A stretch of 46,917 nucleotides of DNA from Lama guanicoe. Taxonomy: Eukaryota. Made by a program: the position numbers and the translations under genes. The stretch lies in NCBI GenBank assembly GCA_013239625.1, contig MU053758.1, forward strand, positions 3,891,490-3,938,406, read 5' to 3'. Shown piece after piece: positions 22,431-33,804 of the stretch. How positions within the stretch are numbered: the first letter of the stretch is position 1; each line of letters starts with the position of its first letter. The notes beneath the pieces were generated by a model. The model saw only the letters and a program-made list of their open reading frames with translations, was not told the DNA's origin and searched no databases.

Positions 22431-22573
22431 GGGGAAGGTATAGCTCAGTGGTAGTGCATGCCTTGCATACACAAGGTCCTGGGTTCAATCCCCAGTACCT
22501 CCATTAAAAACAAGTAGATAAAAACCTAATTACCTCCCCCGCCAAAAATAAATAAAAACAATTTTTCTTAAAA
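22431..22573 (+). mobile_element. tRNA-derived SINE (Vic-1-like) with 15-bp TSD
   Basis: ggggaaggtatagctcagtggtag...gggttcaatcccc; aaatcacatcatgtt at 22416-22430 and 22574-22588. Confidence 0.92.
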
Positions 22574-23266
22574 AAATCACATCATGTTATTTCAAAAAGA
22601 GCAAGTCCCAGACCTGTACTACTTGATCAAAGGAGACCAACATTTTCAAGGCTCTCTATACATACTGTGAAATTGCTTTCTGGAGAGGTTTTACTACCTC
22701 ATCTTCTCCTAGTGGGGTATGAAACAGCCCATTTTATAGCATCTTCACCACCACAAAGCACTCCCATTTTTTTCTCCGCCAATTTGGTAGTGGAAACTGG
22801 GCTCTCACTGTGCGGTAAGCTTCATTCCTTTAAACTCCCAGGGCTGAGCATTGCTTGTTCATGAGCCACCGGGGAATTGCATGTCCTCCTCCTATTACAC
22901 GACTAGGGTCTACTATTACCGAGCTCTCTTATATGAAAAATACCAAATTCTTGTCTACTCTGATGCTTGCAAATATTCTCCCAGTTTGCTGTTTACTTTT
23001 TAATGCTTTCAGGTTGTCTAACATTAAAACATCATTCTTGTTTTTATTTGTGGCCTCCCTTGCCTTTGAGCTTGGAAAGGCTTTCCCATGCTAGGATTTG
23101 TTAAGTGGTCACTCTTGGTGTGGCCACTTTTCTCCAAACTCCTCCAAAGACTCTTGATGCCTAGCCAAGATGCCCTCAAACCCAAGGCTACCAACCTTCC
23201 CCTTCCAGTAGTGGGGATAAGCAGGGGTTGGGGGGAACCTCTCCTGCCCAACTGCCCCAGACTCAC

Positions 23267-23386
23267 CTGCACAAACAGGGGGATGGTGTTAAGTCGGAAG
23301 ATCTCCATGCGGTTCATGGGATCCCGGGCAAGGATGTGCAGGGCTCCAGTGCAGCCCTCCACGATCTCCTCCATCCTCACGCCATC
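23267..23386 (-). CDS. JUP: JUP exon 10 ([11 protein letters not shown]...IPLFVQ)
   Basis: ttgtgcag| acceptor and |gtgagt donor; 120 nt. Confidence 0.97.
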
Positions 23387-23591
23387 CTGCACAAGAGAAG
23401 GCACTGGGGTATAGCAGCAGTGGCTCTTAGGCGTGGACACACACACACCATGACACTAGCAACTCTCTCTGGTCCTTGGAGTTGGTGTCAATTGCAACTT
23501 GCCTCCCAAGATGCTCACATGTGCACACATTCACAGAAGACACCCTGACTCCTGGGGGGGTGGCAGTCCCAGGCCCCACCAGCTCACTCAC

Positions 23592-23747
23592 CGTGTAGGG
23601 CTGCTGGGTGCCTGCAGCCACGTGGCGCTGGGCATCCTGGTGGGCCTTGACCAGCAGCTGGACAAGGCGGGGAATGACCGCGGCCTCCTGCAGTGGGGCA
23701 TGGTTGGCTGGGCACAGGGCCAGATTCCGGATCAGGCCGATGGTTGC
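23592..23747 (-). CDS. JUP: JUP exon 9 ([13 protein letters not shown]...GTQQPYT)
   Basis: cttgccag| acceptor and |gtgagt donor; 156 nt. Confidence 0.97.
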
Positions 23748-24807
23748 CTGGCAAGAAAACGGACACCCATTCAGGGCATTTCCTGGGCATCTGGAAGACC
23801 CCACTTCCCCAGCATCATCTCTTCCCTCTCATCTCGGTTCCCCTAGGCCAGCCACGGACATGCTGGAAGAACTCCAGAAAATGAGACCACCCCTAGCCAT
23901 GCCCCTTACTCCATAGAATCTATGGGTCCTCATGTCTGACTCTAACAGTCCCTCCTAAGATGATACCCCATTCCAGAATATTCCACCAGCCCCTACGCCC
24001 TGGCCCTAACCCCTGTCCCTTCTCTCTTAACCACCCCCTCTCTCCAACAGACAACACTACTTGCTTTTCTGACAGTTCTGATTATCAGGGAGTCCTCACT
24101 GGGGTGACCCCAAAGCCTCCTGCTTTGGTGATGTTCATACTGTAATCAATCCCGAGTAGGGCAGCTCTGGGAAGAGGTCTTCTTCCCAGGTCCCCCAACT
24201 CCCAAGTCATTCTGGCCTCCTAAGTTTCCTCAGGGTCTAATAAAGCAATTTATTATCTCATTTGATCCTAAAAACAAGAAGCCAGGAGGGCAGGGATGAA
24301 AAGCATAGGAGAGAGGACGTCGTGAACACAGGGTGGATAATCTGCCAAGGTCACTTGTCAACTTAGCTGCTGAAACAGGAGGCAAACCCCACCCCCACCC
24401 CCTGCCTCAAGCTTGCCTTGACCAAGCCCATGGAGGGGCCACCTGCTGCCCTGTCTCTAAAATAAAAAATATATAATCACTTAGCATCATTCTTATCTGC
24501 ACTGTTTAGCTGTTGAAAATTACAGCAGTAAGCCCCTGCCAGCTGGCTCCAGACCCTAGTCTGTGGTAGCCCCTCCTTGAAGCTCTATTCTCGGGGATGG
24601 CCCAGCTGTAAGACAGAAAGATTCTGGATGTCAGAGCCATTGTGAAGGTCTAAACCGTTACATAAGAGCGGGATGAGCTTTTGCCTTATTGGAGCCACTG
24701 TATTTCAGGCCTCTTTGTTACAACAGCTTTGCCTGTACCGATACAGCGCTTACTCCTGTCTTCAGAGCTCCTTCCCTCCCCTGACCCCACCATGCAGCAG
24801 GCGGCAC

Positions 24808-25146
24808 CTTGACCAGTGGCCACTGGTTGGGCTGGTTAAGCAGCTTCACAATGGCTGGGATGCCGTAGTTGAGGCGCACAGAGTTCTGGGCCATCTCCGC
24901 CTCGGGGTGGCGGCTGGTGAGGTGGCGCAGGGCACAGACAGCAGGCTCTGTGATGTCGTCCTTGTCGCCCGCGCGCAGGATGGCATGGATGAGCGCCTCC
25001 ACGCCGCTGTTCTGCGTCACCAGCGTCTTGTTCTTGCTGTTGTTACACGTCAGGTTGGACAGAGTACCCGTGGCACAGGTGAGGACGTTGACGTCGTCCA
25101 CGCTCAGCTGGTTCACCAGGATCTTCAGCACGCTCTCCAGGCCCTC
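24808..25146 (-). CDS. JUP: JUP exon 8 ([10 protein letters not shown]...NQWPLVK)
   Basis: gaccccag| acceptor and |gtgccg donor; 339 nt. Confidence 0.97.
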
Positions 25147-26357
25147 CTGGGGTCGGGGGAGGCAGTGGAGAGTGAGGGAGACTCCCCAGAGCAGGGTGTT
25201 CCCAATATATCCGAGAGGAGGAGGACAGCCTAAGGGGGTCTCCAGCACACTTAGCTGATGATGCACCCTGCCGGTGTGTGCCCTCTAACTTTCACCTCCG
25301 TGATCCCACCGACACCCCATGAGAGGGTAATTCTAACCCGTGGGGCAGCTGGGGATCAGAGAAGTTGAGGGCTTTGCCCACAGACACACAGCTAGTGAGC
25401 TGGATATGAACCCAAGCCCATCTCTAAGCTCCATGCTCTTTCCTCCACCCTCTCCTGCCCCTGCTCTGGGTCCACAGATACAACAGAGCTCTACCCAGGC
25501 CAAGGGAGGCCCCTAAGCCAGAAGGAAACTGTTGAGGAGGCCATGTGCTTCGGTAACAGGCCCAGCTGACCTACTTTTACACACTTCTCACCTTCCTAGG
25601 CCTTCACTGCTGCCCACTCAGTGGTCCCCAGGCCAAATCTGCTTTCAGGAAACATCCCTAACCCAGAAGTCGCCCTTCTCCCAGGGAGAGTCATGTGGAC
25701 CTTGTGGTAGAACAGAAAAACCCCAGGCTCTGGGGGGCAGACATTTCTGGGTTCAAATCCCAGCTCTGCCATTGACTGGCTGTGGCCAAGGGCCATTCCT
25801 TAACTCCCAGAGCCTGTTTCTTCATCTAACAATGGACCCCACACTCTCCCTCTGGGTATCGAAAGGGGTAAAGAGCCAGTGTCCCCAAGTGCCTGGCAGA
25901 GTCCAGCACATGGTGTTTGATAAGCAGCCCACTGATGCAGTTCTTAGGAGTGACAGTTAGGGTGCAAGAGGGGACCAGAAGACCTGTCCTAAAACTGCAT
26001 TTCTCCCTCAGTTGTTTTTAGCCATCGGGGCCCCCAAGCTGTCTCTCGCACACTGCTACTCCCTGCCCATGGTCTAGATCACAACAGTTCCTCTGGTACC
26101 ATCTGAACCCCGGCTTAGAAACATCAGCCTCCTCCTCCTAGTCCCCTTCTTGAATCCCTAAGAGAGGTTAGAGCCTTAGGTGAAAGGGATGAGGGGCTTG
26201 AGGGCACTTCCAGCCTCAACCACAGTGGAGCCAGATTTAGAGGCCTCAAGCCTCACAGGGCTCCTTAAGGTCAGACTCCCAGACAGGAGGCTGGCCGTGC
26301 TAAGACGGGAGGCCAAGGCAGCTGAGGAAGCAGACCCAGGCCCAACCCGTCACTCAC

Positions 26358-26461
26358 CTGCTTGGTGGCCACATCCGAGAGGTTGCGCAGGGTCCAGAGG
26401 CAGTTCTGCACCAGGCGGGGGCTGTTGCTGGTCAGGTGTTTACCCAGGGCCTGCATCCCAC
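26358..26461 (-). CDS. JUP: JUP exon 7 ([11 protein letters not shown]...DVATKQ)
   Basis: caccccag| acceptor and |gtgagt donor; 104 nt. Confidence 0.97.
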
Positions 26462-26571
26462 CTGGGGTGGGAGATAGGGAGCACGTCAGCCATAGGGGAG
26501 CACAGTGGATGGAGCCCAGCCACTAGTTCGGGCCCCTATCCTTGCCCACCCAGCCACATGGGCCATCCTCA

Positions 26572-26832
<261 letters not shown>

Positions 26833-27530
26833 CTAAAATCTGAATAGCTTTTGTGATGATTAAATAAGCCAAAATGTTGGAGAAAATGATAATATACAGT
26901 GCTGGCAAAGATGAGGTGAAACTACTAATAGATATCACCGATAGCATTGTAAACAATGCTATCCTTTTGGAAAGTATCTGGCAATCTGGGAAAATGCTTA
27001 GACATATTAAAAACCCTTAGCCCCACTGATGATAAAAGTGTTCTCACTCTTTGGGAAAAGCTGTGTCCCCAAAGATGTTCATCACAAGTGGATATTCATA
27101 AAGATGTTCATAAAGATGGAAAATTGGGATCAGCATAGATGCCCTCCGTCAGAATACAGTCCAGGTCCTCCACTTAATGAAATGTGATTTGCCATTATAG
27201 AGGGTGATTCTGAGGACAGTTGAGCCAACAAAAAAAAAAGCTTTTAAAAATATCATGTAGAAAACAGACACAAACTGCTCTGACTACAACTATGTACCAA
27301 TATGTCCACAGGAAAGCACTGGAGGAAGCACGTGAAGATAACAGGGGTTATGTGAGAAGAATGAATGTCTTCTTTCGCTTATCCTCAAAATATTCAGTAA
27401 TATGATGAAACACGTACACCTGCATATACATATGCAGTTAACCAAAAAAGGGTTAAGGAGGCAGTGGCTGGAAGCTGCAGCTGGACGGAAGGTGATGCCA
27501 CGGGAGTGGCGGTCCTGGTTGGGGGCCCAC

Positions 27531-27732
27531 CTTGCTCTCCTGGTTGCCATAGGCCAGGAGCTGCAGGCAGTCGGTGGTGATGGCCAGGAACTTGGGGTTG
27601 TTCTTGTTGAGCAGGGGCACCATCTTTTGCAGCCCATCCGCCAGGCGCACCGCCATCTTGGCGCCCTCCTGGTAAAGCAGCAGGTTGTGCAGCGTGGTGA
27701 TGGCGTAGAACAGGACAGACTCCACGGGGGAG
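27531..27732 (-). CDS. JUP: JUP exon 5 ([11 protein letters not shown]...GNQESK)
   Basis: catcccag| acceptor and |gtgggc donor; 202 nt, phase 2 to 0. Confidence 0.97.
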
Positions 27733-27859
27733 CTGGGATGGGAGCAGGGGGTTTTTGTCAGTCAGGTCCTAGATGGATGTAGGCTACCTCCCCCAGTACT
27801 GACACGCTTATGGAAATAACTGTCTGCTAGTATCTCATCATCCTTTGAGTCTAGCCTCA

Positions 27860-28341
27860 TCTTTTTTTTTTTAAAGGAAATAGCTTTATATCTTAGCACC
27901 TGTAACAAACAAACAAACAAACAAAAAAACCCAAAACAAAAAAATATCACCCAAGGAAATAGGTCCAGGAATGTGGTTTTAGAAGCTCCCTTTGGAGAAT
28001 GTGTGAACAGAGGATATAATACAGGCCGTTCAGTAAAAAGACCTTCATTCAAGTCCTAGCCAAGTCCCTTCTCTTCACTGGATGCCCTCAGGTGATTCAT
28101 TTGACCTCTCTTGGTCTCATTCAGTTTTTGTTTTTATTCACTTCAAAACCCAGAATTTTATAACTGGCATAAACATTTCCATTACACCAAAAACAACAAA
28201 ATACCTAGAAATAAACTTACTTAACCAAGGAGGTTACCTATACTCTGAAAACTGTAAAACACTGATGAAGGAAACTGAAGAGGATACAAATGGAAAGATA
28301 CCTTGAGTTCTTGGATTGGAAGAATCAACATTATCAAAATA
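27860..28341 (-). mobile_element. TSD-flanked chimeric retroinsertion: poly(A) + non-L1 sequence + oppositely oriented L1 ORF2 fragment
   Basis: ctagcctca at 27851-27859 and 28342-28350; T11 at 27862-27872; about 28180-28340 on plus encodes decayed L1 ORF2 (KYLEINL...LYSENCKTLMKETEEDTN...WIGRINIIK). Confidence 0.7.
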
Positions 28342-29497
28342 CTAGCCTCACTCTTACATACAGAGCAAACAGCATCTCTCCTCTCTCCACTGGGACCATG
28401 GCTCCTGCTCTGGGCTCCCGGCTCAGTGCTAAGCTCACAGTTAAGTCTTCATGACACCTGTCCCAACTGAGTAACTGTCATGTGGAAGGCCTCGTCCTAG
28501 AGAGGCATTACAAGGGATTCATAGAAGAGTGGAGTCAGTGTCTCCACCCTCAGGGAACTGGTATGTGAGCAGATGGGCCATGCTGACTGCCACTGTGAGA
28601 AGGGCGGGCCAGGAGACCCCTCCACGATGCTCAGACACACCCAGGTCAGCCTGGTATGGAGATAAGGAAAAAGGCAACATTGCCAGGCTGGGAAAGATAA
28701 AGGTGGCAAGGGACTTTGCACAGGATACTCCCTCTGCCTGGAATACTCTTCCCTTCATCTACACCAGCCAAACTCCATCCAACTGCCAATCCCCTGACAT
28801 TAAAGTCAACAGCTTCTTATAGCTCCTCTGACCGATCTTGGACACACCTTTGCCCTAGTCTATACTGTATCCTAATAACTAACTTGCGAGTTACATGTCT
28901 GTCTCCCCTGCTAGGCTGTGAGCAGCTGAGCACCAGGACTGGGCATGGCTCTATACCTGGCACGTAGCAGGTGCCCAGGGAAGAGAGGGGAAGAAGTCCA
29001 AGTGAGGGAAGCAGTAATACCAAAAAGCATGACACTCATTTATATGTGTGTCTGGGTACTTCTGTAGGCACGGGCATAAAACAAAATGTTCATTGCATGG
29101 CCTATTGGTGAAAAATAACCTGACTGTGTATTTTTCTATTTTCTCTAATGAATCCTTTTAAAATAAAAATAAGCCTTTTCATGTATTAGAATTAAAACAA
29201 TGTTCCAATTAAAATTGGGAAGGCTGTCTTATTTGTTTACAATCCACTTCAGTTTCTGTAAAACCAGTTCTTTTGGAAACCAAATAGAGGTCCCCATTTG
29301 GATGCAAAATAAGACCACCCAGATGCAAGACAGATGAAATCAAATTTAGATCGACCCTTTGATTCTTATAAATTTTATCAGAATGCTTTGGCCCAAATAG
29401 CTGGGACTCATCTGAGACATTTGGAATGATTTCTGCACTGGGGAAGCGTAGACGCCAAGAGGGGAAACTTGCACCCACAGTGAGATGGGGTGGGTAC

Positions 29498-29736
29498 CTG
29501 AGCATGCGGACCAGGGCAGGGATGCCGCCTGACTTGAAGATGGCAAGGAGCCCCTCACGGTGATGGGAGAGGTTGTGCAGGATGCTGGTGGTGCAGCGGG
29601 CCGTGTCCAAGTCACTGGTGTTCTGCATGGTGCGCACGACAGCCGCCACCAGCTGGGGTGAGCCCATCAGCGCCCGCCGAGACGCCTCCTTCTTTGACAG
29701 CTGGTTCACAATCATGGCCGCCTTGGTCACCACTAC
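29498..29736 (-). CDS. JUP: JUP exon 4, copy A ([17 protein letters not shown]...ALVRML)
   Basis: gtccccag| acceptor and AG|gtaccc donor; 239 nt, phase 0 to 2. Confidence 0.9.
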
Positions 29737-29972
29737 CTGGGGACAGCGGGGAGGAGGGGAGGATGTGAGCAGATGGGCCAGGCTGACTGCCACTGAGAGG
29801 GAAGGGCCAGAAGACCCCTCCACAACATTCAGACACACCCAGGCCAGACTCTTCCTGCTAATGGGGCTCTGGGTCAATGACCTCGCTCCACCCCAGGTAG
29901 GGCCCTCTCCTACAGACATCTGATGTCTCCCCTCCCTGCCACGCCTGTACCCCAGCCAGGCCCCTCACAGAC

Positions 29973-30232
29973 CGGGTCCTCATCATTGAGCAGTTTGGTG
30001 AGCTCGGGCAGGGCCCGGGTGGCCAGCTCAGCGTCGTCCTGGTAGTTGATGAGATGTACAATGGCTGACTTGAGCAGCTGGGATGGCTCGGCCAGCCGCT
30101 GCAGGTTGGTGGTCTGCCCCTCCACCTGAGTGGCCAGCAGCAGCGAGCTGTCTTCTCCTGTCACGCCAGGACACATGGCCTCCCGCACCCGCTTAGCTCT
30201 GGCCGTTGTGGACATCTGGTACTCCAAGTCAC
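29973..30232 (-). CDS. JUP: JUP exon 3, copy A ([22 protein letters not shown]...LLNDEDP)
   Basis: gcccccag| acceptor and |gtctgt donor; 260 nt, phase 1 to 0. Confidence 0.9.
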
Positions 30233-30669
30233 CTGGGGGCCAACAGGCAGGGACTAAGCTGCAGGAAGTGGGCAGGGGGACACTGGGGAGCAGGGCAGGC
30301 TGGGCAGACTGTTCCCCTGGGTTCTCTGGCTGCCTCTAGCCCACCACTCACAGTTCTGCTTCTAACTAGTGATCTTAAAGAGGTCACATCGCCTCAGTTA
30401 CATCATCTGTAAAATGGGGCACCACCTGTTCTGTCCACTGCAGGGAATTCTTATGAGAATTAAACGAGACAACAGTTGTAAATTGCTCTTAGAGGACATG
30501 ATGCATGTACTTGGACATATCACTATAAGCAGATTATTGTATGTCAACTATACCTCAATAAAGCTGTTGGGTTTTGGTTTTTTTTTTTGGAATTAAGCTG
30601 TTTTTTTAAAGCAGAAAAAAATGTCAGTGATTATCACTATTAGTAGGAAGAGCTAACTTTGTAAAATTT

Positions 30670-30895
30670 AATTTTATCTTTTTAACTGAAATATAGTTGA
30701 CTTACAATGTTTCAGGTGTACAACAAAGGGATCCAGTTATGCATTTATATATAAATCTATTCTTTTTCTGATTCTTTTCCAACATAGGTTATTATAAGAT
30801 ATTGAATATAATTCTCTGCGCTATATGGTAGGCCCTTGTTGGTTATCTATTTTATATATGTTAATCCCAAACTCCTAGTTTATTCCTCCCCCACC
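30670..30895 (-). mobile_element. L1 3' end fragment (duplicated at about 32900-33086)
   Basis: atatagttgacttacaatgtttcaggtgtacaacaaa...taggttattataagatattgaatata. Confidence 0.75.
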
Positions 30896-31689
30896 TTAGC
30901 TAACATTTTTTTCAGTACAGGACCTCTGCCTGGAATACTCTTCCCTTCATCTACACCAGCCAAACTCCATCCAACTGCCAATCCCCTGACATTAAAGTCA
31001 ACAGCTTCTTATAGCTCCTCTGACCGATCTTGGACACACCTTTGCCCTAGTCTATACTGTATCCTAATAACTAACTTGCGAGTTACATGTCTGTCTCCCC
31101 TGCTAGGCTGTGAGCAGCTGAGCACCAGGACTGGGCATGGCTCTATACCTGGCACGTAGCAGGTGCCCAGGGAAGAGAGGGGAAGAAGTCCAAGTGAGGG
31201 AAGCAGTAATACCAAAAAGCATGACACTCATTTATATGTGTGTCTGGGTACTTCTGTAGGCACGGGCATAAAACAAAATGTTCATTGCATGGCCTATTGG
31301 TGAAAAATAACCTGACTGTGTATTTTTCTATTTTCTCTAATGAATCCTTTTAAAATAAAAATAAGCCTTTTCACGTATTAGAATTAAAACAATGTTCCAA
31401 TTAAAATTGGGAAGGCTGTCTTATTTGTTTACAATCCACTTCAGTTTCTGTAAAACCAGTTCTTTTGGAAACCAAATAGAGGTCCCCATTTGGATGCAAA
31501 ATAAGACCACCCAGATGCAAGACAGATGAAATCAAATTTAGATCGACCCTTTGATTCTTATAAATTTTATCAGAATGCTTTGGCCCAAATAGCTGGGACT
31601 CATCTGAGACATTTGGAATGATTTCTGCACTGGGGAAGCGTAGACGCCAAGAGGGGAAACTTGCGCCCACAGTGAGATGGGGTGGGTAC

Positions 31690-31928
31690 CTGAGCATGCG
31701 GACCAGGGCAGGGATGCCGCCTGACTTGAAGATGGCAAGGAGCCCCTCACGGTGATGGGAGAGGTTGTGCAGGATGCTGGTGGTGCAGCGGGCCGTGTCC
31801 AAGTCACTGGTGTTCTGCATGGTGCGCACGACAGCCGCCACCAGCTGGGGTGAGCCCATCAGCGCCCGCCGAGACGCCTCCTTCTTTGACAGCTGGTTCA
31901 CAATCATGGCCGCCTTGGTCACCACTAC
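31690..31928 (-). CDS. JUP: JUP exon 4, copy B
   Basis: Same translation and splice sites as 29498-29736; only one copy can be used in an intact mRNA. Confidence 0.85.
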
Positions 31929-32164
31929 CTGGGGACAGCGGGGAGGAGGGGAGGATGTGAGCAGATGGGCCAGGCTGACTGCCACTGAGAGGGAAGGGCC
32001 AGAAGACCCCTCCACAACATTCAGACACACCCAGGCCAGACTCTTCCTGCTAATGGGGCTCTGGGTCAATGACCTCGCTCCACCCCAGGTAGGGCCCTCT
32101 CCTACAGACATCTGATGTCTCCCCTCCCTGCCACGCCTGTACCCCAGCCAGGCCCCTCACAGAC

Positions 32165-32424
32165 CGGGTCCTCATCATTGAGCAGTTTGGTGAGCTCGGG
32201 CAGGGCCCGGGTGGCCAGCTCAGCGTCGTCCTGGTAGTTGATGAGATGTACAATGGCTGACTTGAGCAGCTGGGATGGCTCGGCCAGCCGCTGCAGGTTG
32301 GTGGTCTGCCCCTCCACCTGAGTGGCCAGCAGCAGCGAGCTGTCTTCTCCTGTCACGCCAGGACACATGGCCTCCCGCACCCGCTTAGCTCTGGCCGTTG
32401 TGGACATCTGGTACTCCAAGTCAC
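32165..32424 (-). CDS. JUP: JUP exon 3, copy B
   Basis: Same translation and splice sites as 29973-30232. Confidence 0.85.
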
Positions 32425-32824
32425 CTGGGGGCCAACAGGCAGGGACTAAGCTGCAGGAAGTGGGCAGGGGGACACTGGGGAGCAGGGCAGGCTGGGCAGA
32501 CTGTTCCCCTGGGTTCTCTGGCTGCCTCTAGCCCACCACTCACAGTTCTGCTTCTAACTAGTGATCTTAAAGAGGTCACATCGCCTCAGTTACATCATCT
32601 GTAAAATGGGGCACCACCTGTTCTGTCCACTGCAGGGAATTCTTATGAGAATTAAACGAGACAACAGTTGTAAATTGCTCTTAGAGGACATGATACATGT
32701 ACTTGGACATATCACTATAAGCAGATTATTGTATGTCAACTATACCTCAATAAAGCTGTTGGGTTGTTTTTTTTTTTTTTGGAATTAAGCTTTTTTTTAA
32801 AGGAGAAAAAAATGTCAGTGATTA

Positions 32825-32899
32825 NNNNNNNNNNNNNNNNNNNNNNNNNNNNNNNNNNNNNNNNNNNNNNNNNNNNNNNNNNNNNNNNNNNNNNNNNNN
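32825..32899. other. Assembly gap (75 N)
   Basis: Run of n characters. Confidence 1.
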
Positions 32900-33108
32900 A
32901 CAATGTTTCTACAACAAAGGGATCCAGTTATGCATTTATATATAAATCTATTCTTTTTCTGATTCTTTTCCATCATAGGTTATTATAAGATATTGAATAT
33001 AATTCTCTGCGCTATATGGTAGGCCCTTGTTGGTTATCTATTTTATATATGTTAATCCCAAACTCCTAGTTTATTCCTCCCCCACCTTAGCTAACATTTT
33101 TTTCAGTA

Positions 33109-33803
33109 CAGGCACACCTCAGAGATACTGTGGATTCAGTTCCAGACCACTGCAATGAAGTAAATATCACAATAAAGTCACACAAACTTTTTGGTTTCCT
33201 AGTACATGTGAAAGTTATGTTTACACTATATGCAGTGTATTAGGTGTGCAATAGCATTATGTCTAATAAACAACAAGGACCTACTGTAGAGCACAGGAAA
33301 CTATGTCCGGTATCTTGTAATTACCTATAATGGAAAAGAATCTGAAAAAGAATAAATGTGCGTATATAAATATATAGTAGATATATATTACATACATATA
33401 ACTGAATCGCTTTACTGTACACCTGAAAACAACATTGTAAATCAACTATACATTATCAAAATAAAAAAATGAATGTTAAAATGAAAAAAGTACATATCTT
33501 AATTTTAAAATATTTTATTGTTAAAAACTGCTAACCATTATCTGAGTCTTCAGCAAGACACACAGCAGTAATATCAATGGTCACTGATCACAGATCATAA
33601 GAAATATAATAATCATGAAAAAGTTTGAAAAATTACAAGAATTACCAAAATGTGACACAGAGACACAAAGTGAACAAATGTGGTCGGAAAAATGGCACCG
33701 ATAGATTTGCTCCATACAGGGCTGCCACAAACCTTCAATTTGTAAAAAACACATTATCTGCAAAGTATAATCAAGTGAAGTACAATAAAATGAGGTGTGC
33801 CTA
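33109..33803 (-). mobile_element. Internally deleted Tigger1-type (TcMar) DNA transposon
   Basis: TIRs caggcacacctc (33109-33120) and gaggtgtgccta (33792-33803) flanked by TA; both arms match recalled Tigger1 ends. Confidence 0.85.
33268..33490 (+). mobile_element. L1 3' end inserted inside the Tigger element
   Basis: caacaaggacctactgtagagcacagg...ataactgaatcgctttactgtacacctgaaa plus an A tail interrupts otherwise colinear Tigger sequence. Confidence 0.8.
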
Positions 33804-33804
33804 T

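Larger units (their letters stand above)
28731..30921. repeat. Tandem duplication unit, copy A (contains JUP exons 3-4)
   Basis: Sequence recurs at offset +2192; the ORF track shows duplicated ORFs. Confidence 0.97.
30923..33112. repeat. Tandem duplication unit, copy B (contains JUP exons 3-4 and a 75-N gap)
   Basis: Near-identical to 28731-30921; differences seen at 29182/31374, 29473/31665, 30503/32695 and in low-complexity sequence near the gap. Confidence 0.97.

Noticed and set aside
27094..27118. Short direct repeats (ttcataaagatg x2; also ggtcataag x2 near 42864-42888) as an array
   Set aside because: Two-copy slippage duplications with no repeat-spacer structure; nothing CRISPR-like in this eukaryotic window.
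28082..28306. 74-aa ORF with reverse-transcriptase-like residues as a functional gene
   Set aside because: Short, frameshifted L1 ORF2 remnant.
29209..32419. A second JUP paralog or pseudogene
   Set aside because: Only exons 3-4 with their introns are repeated, in tandem inside the gene; there is no second start or stop.
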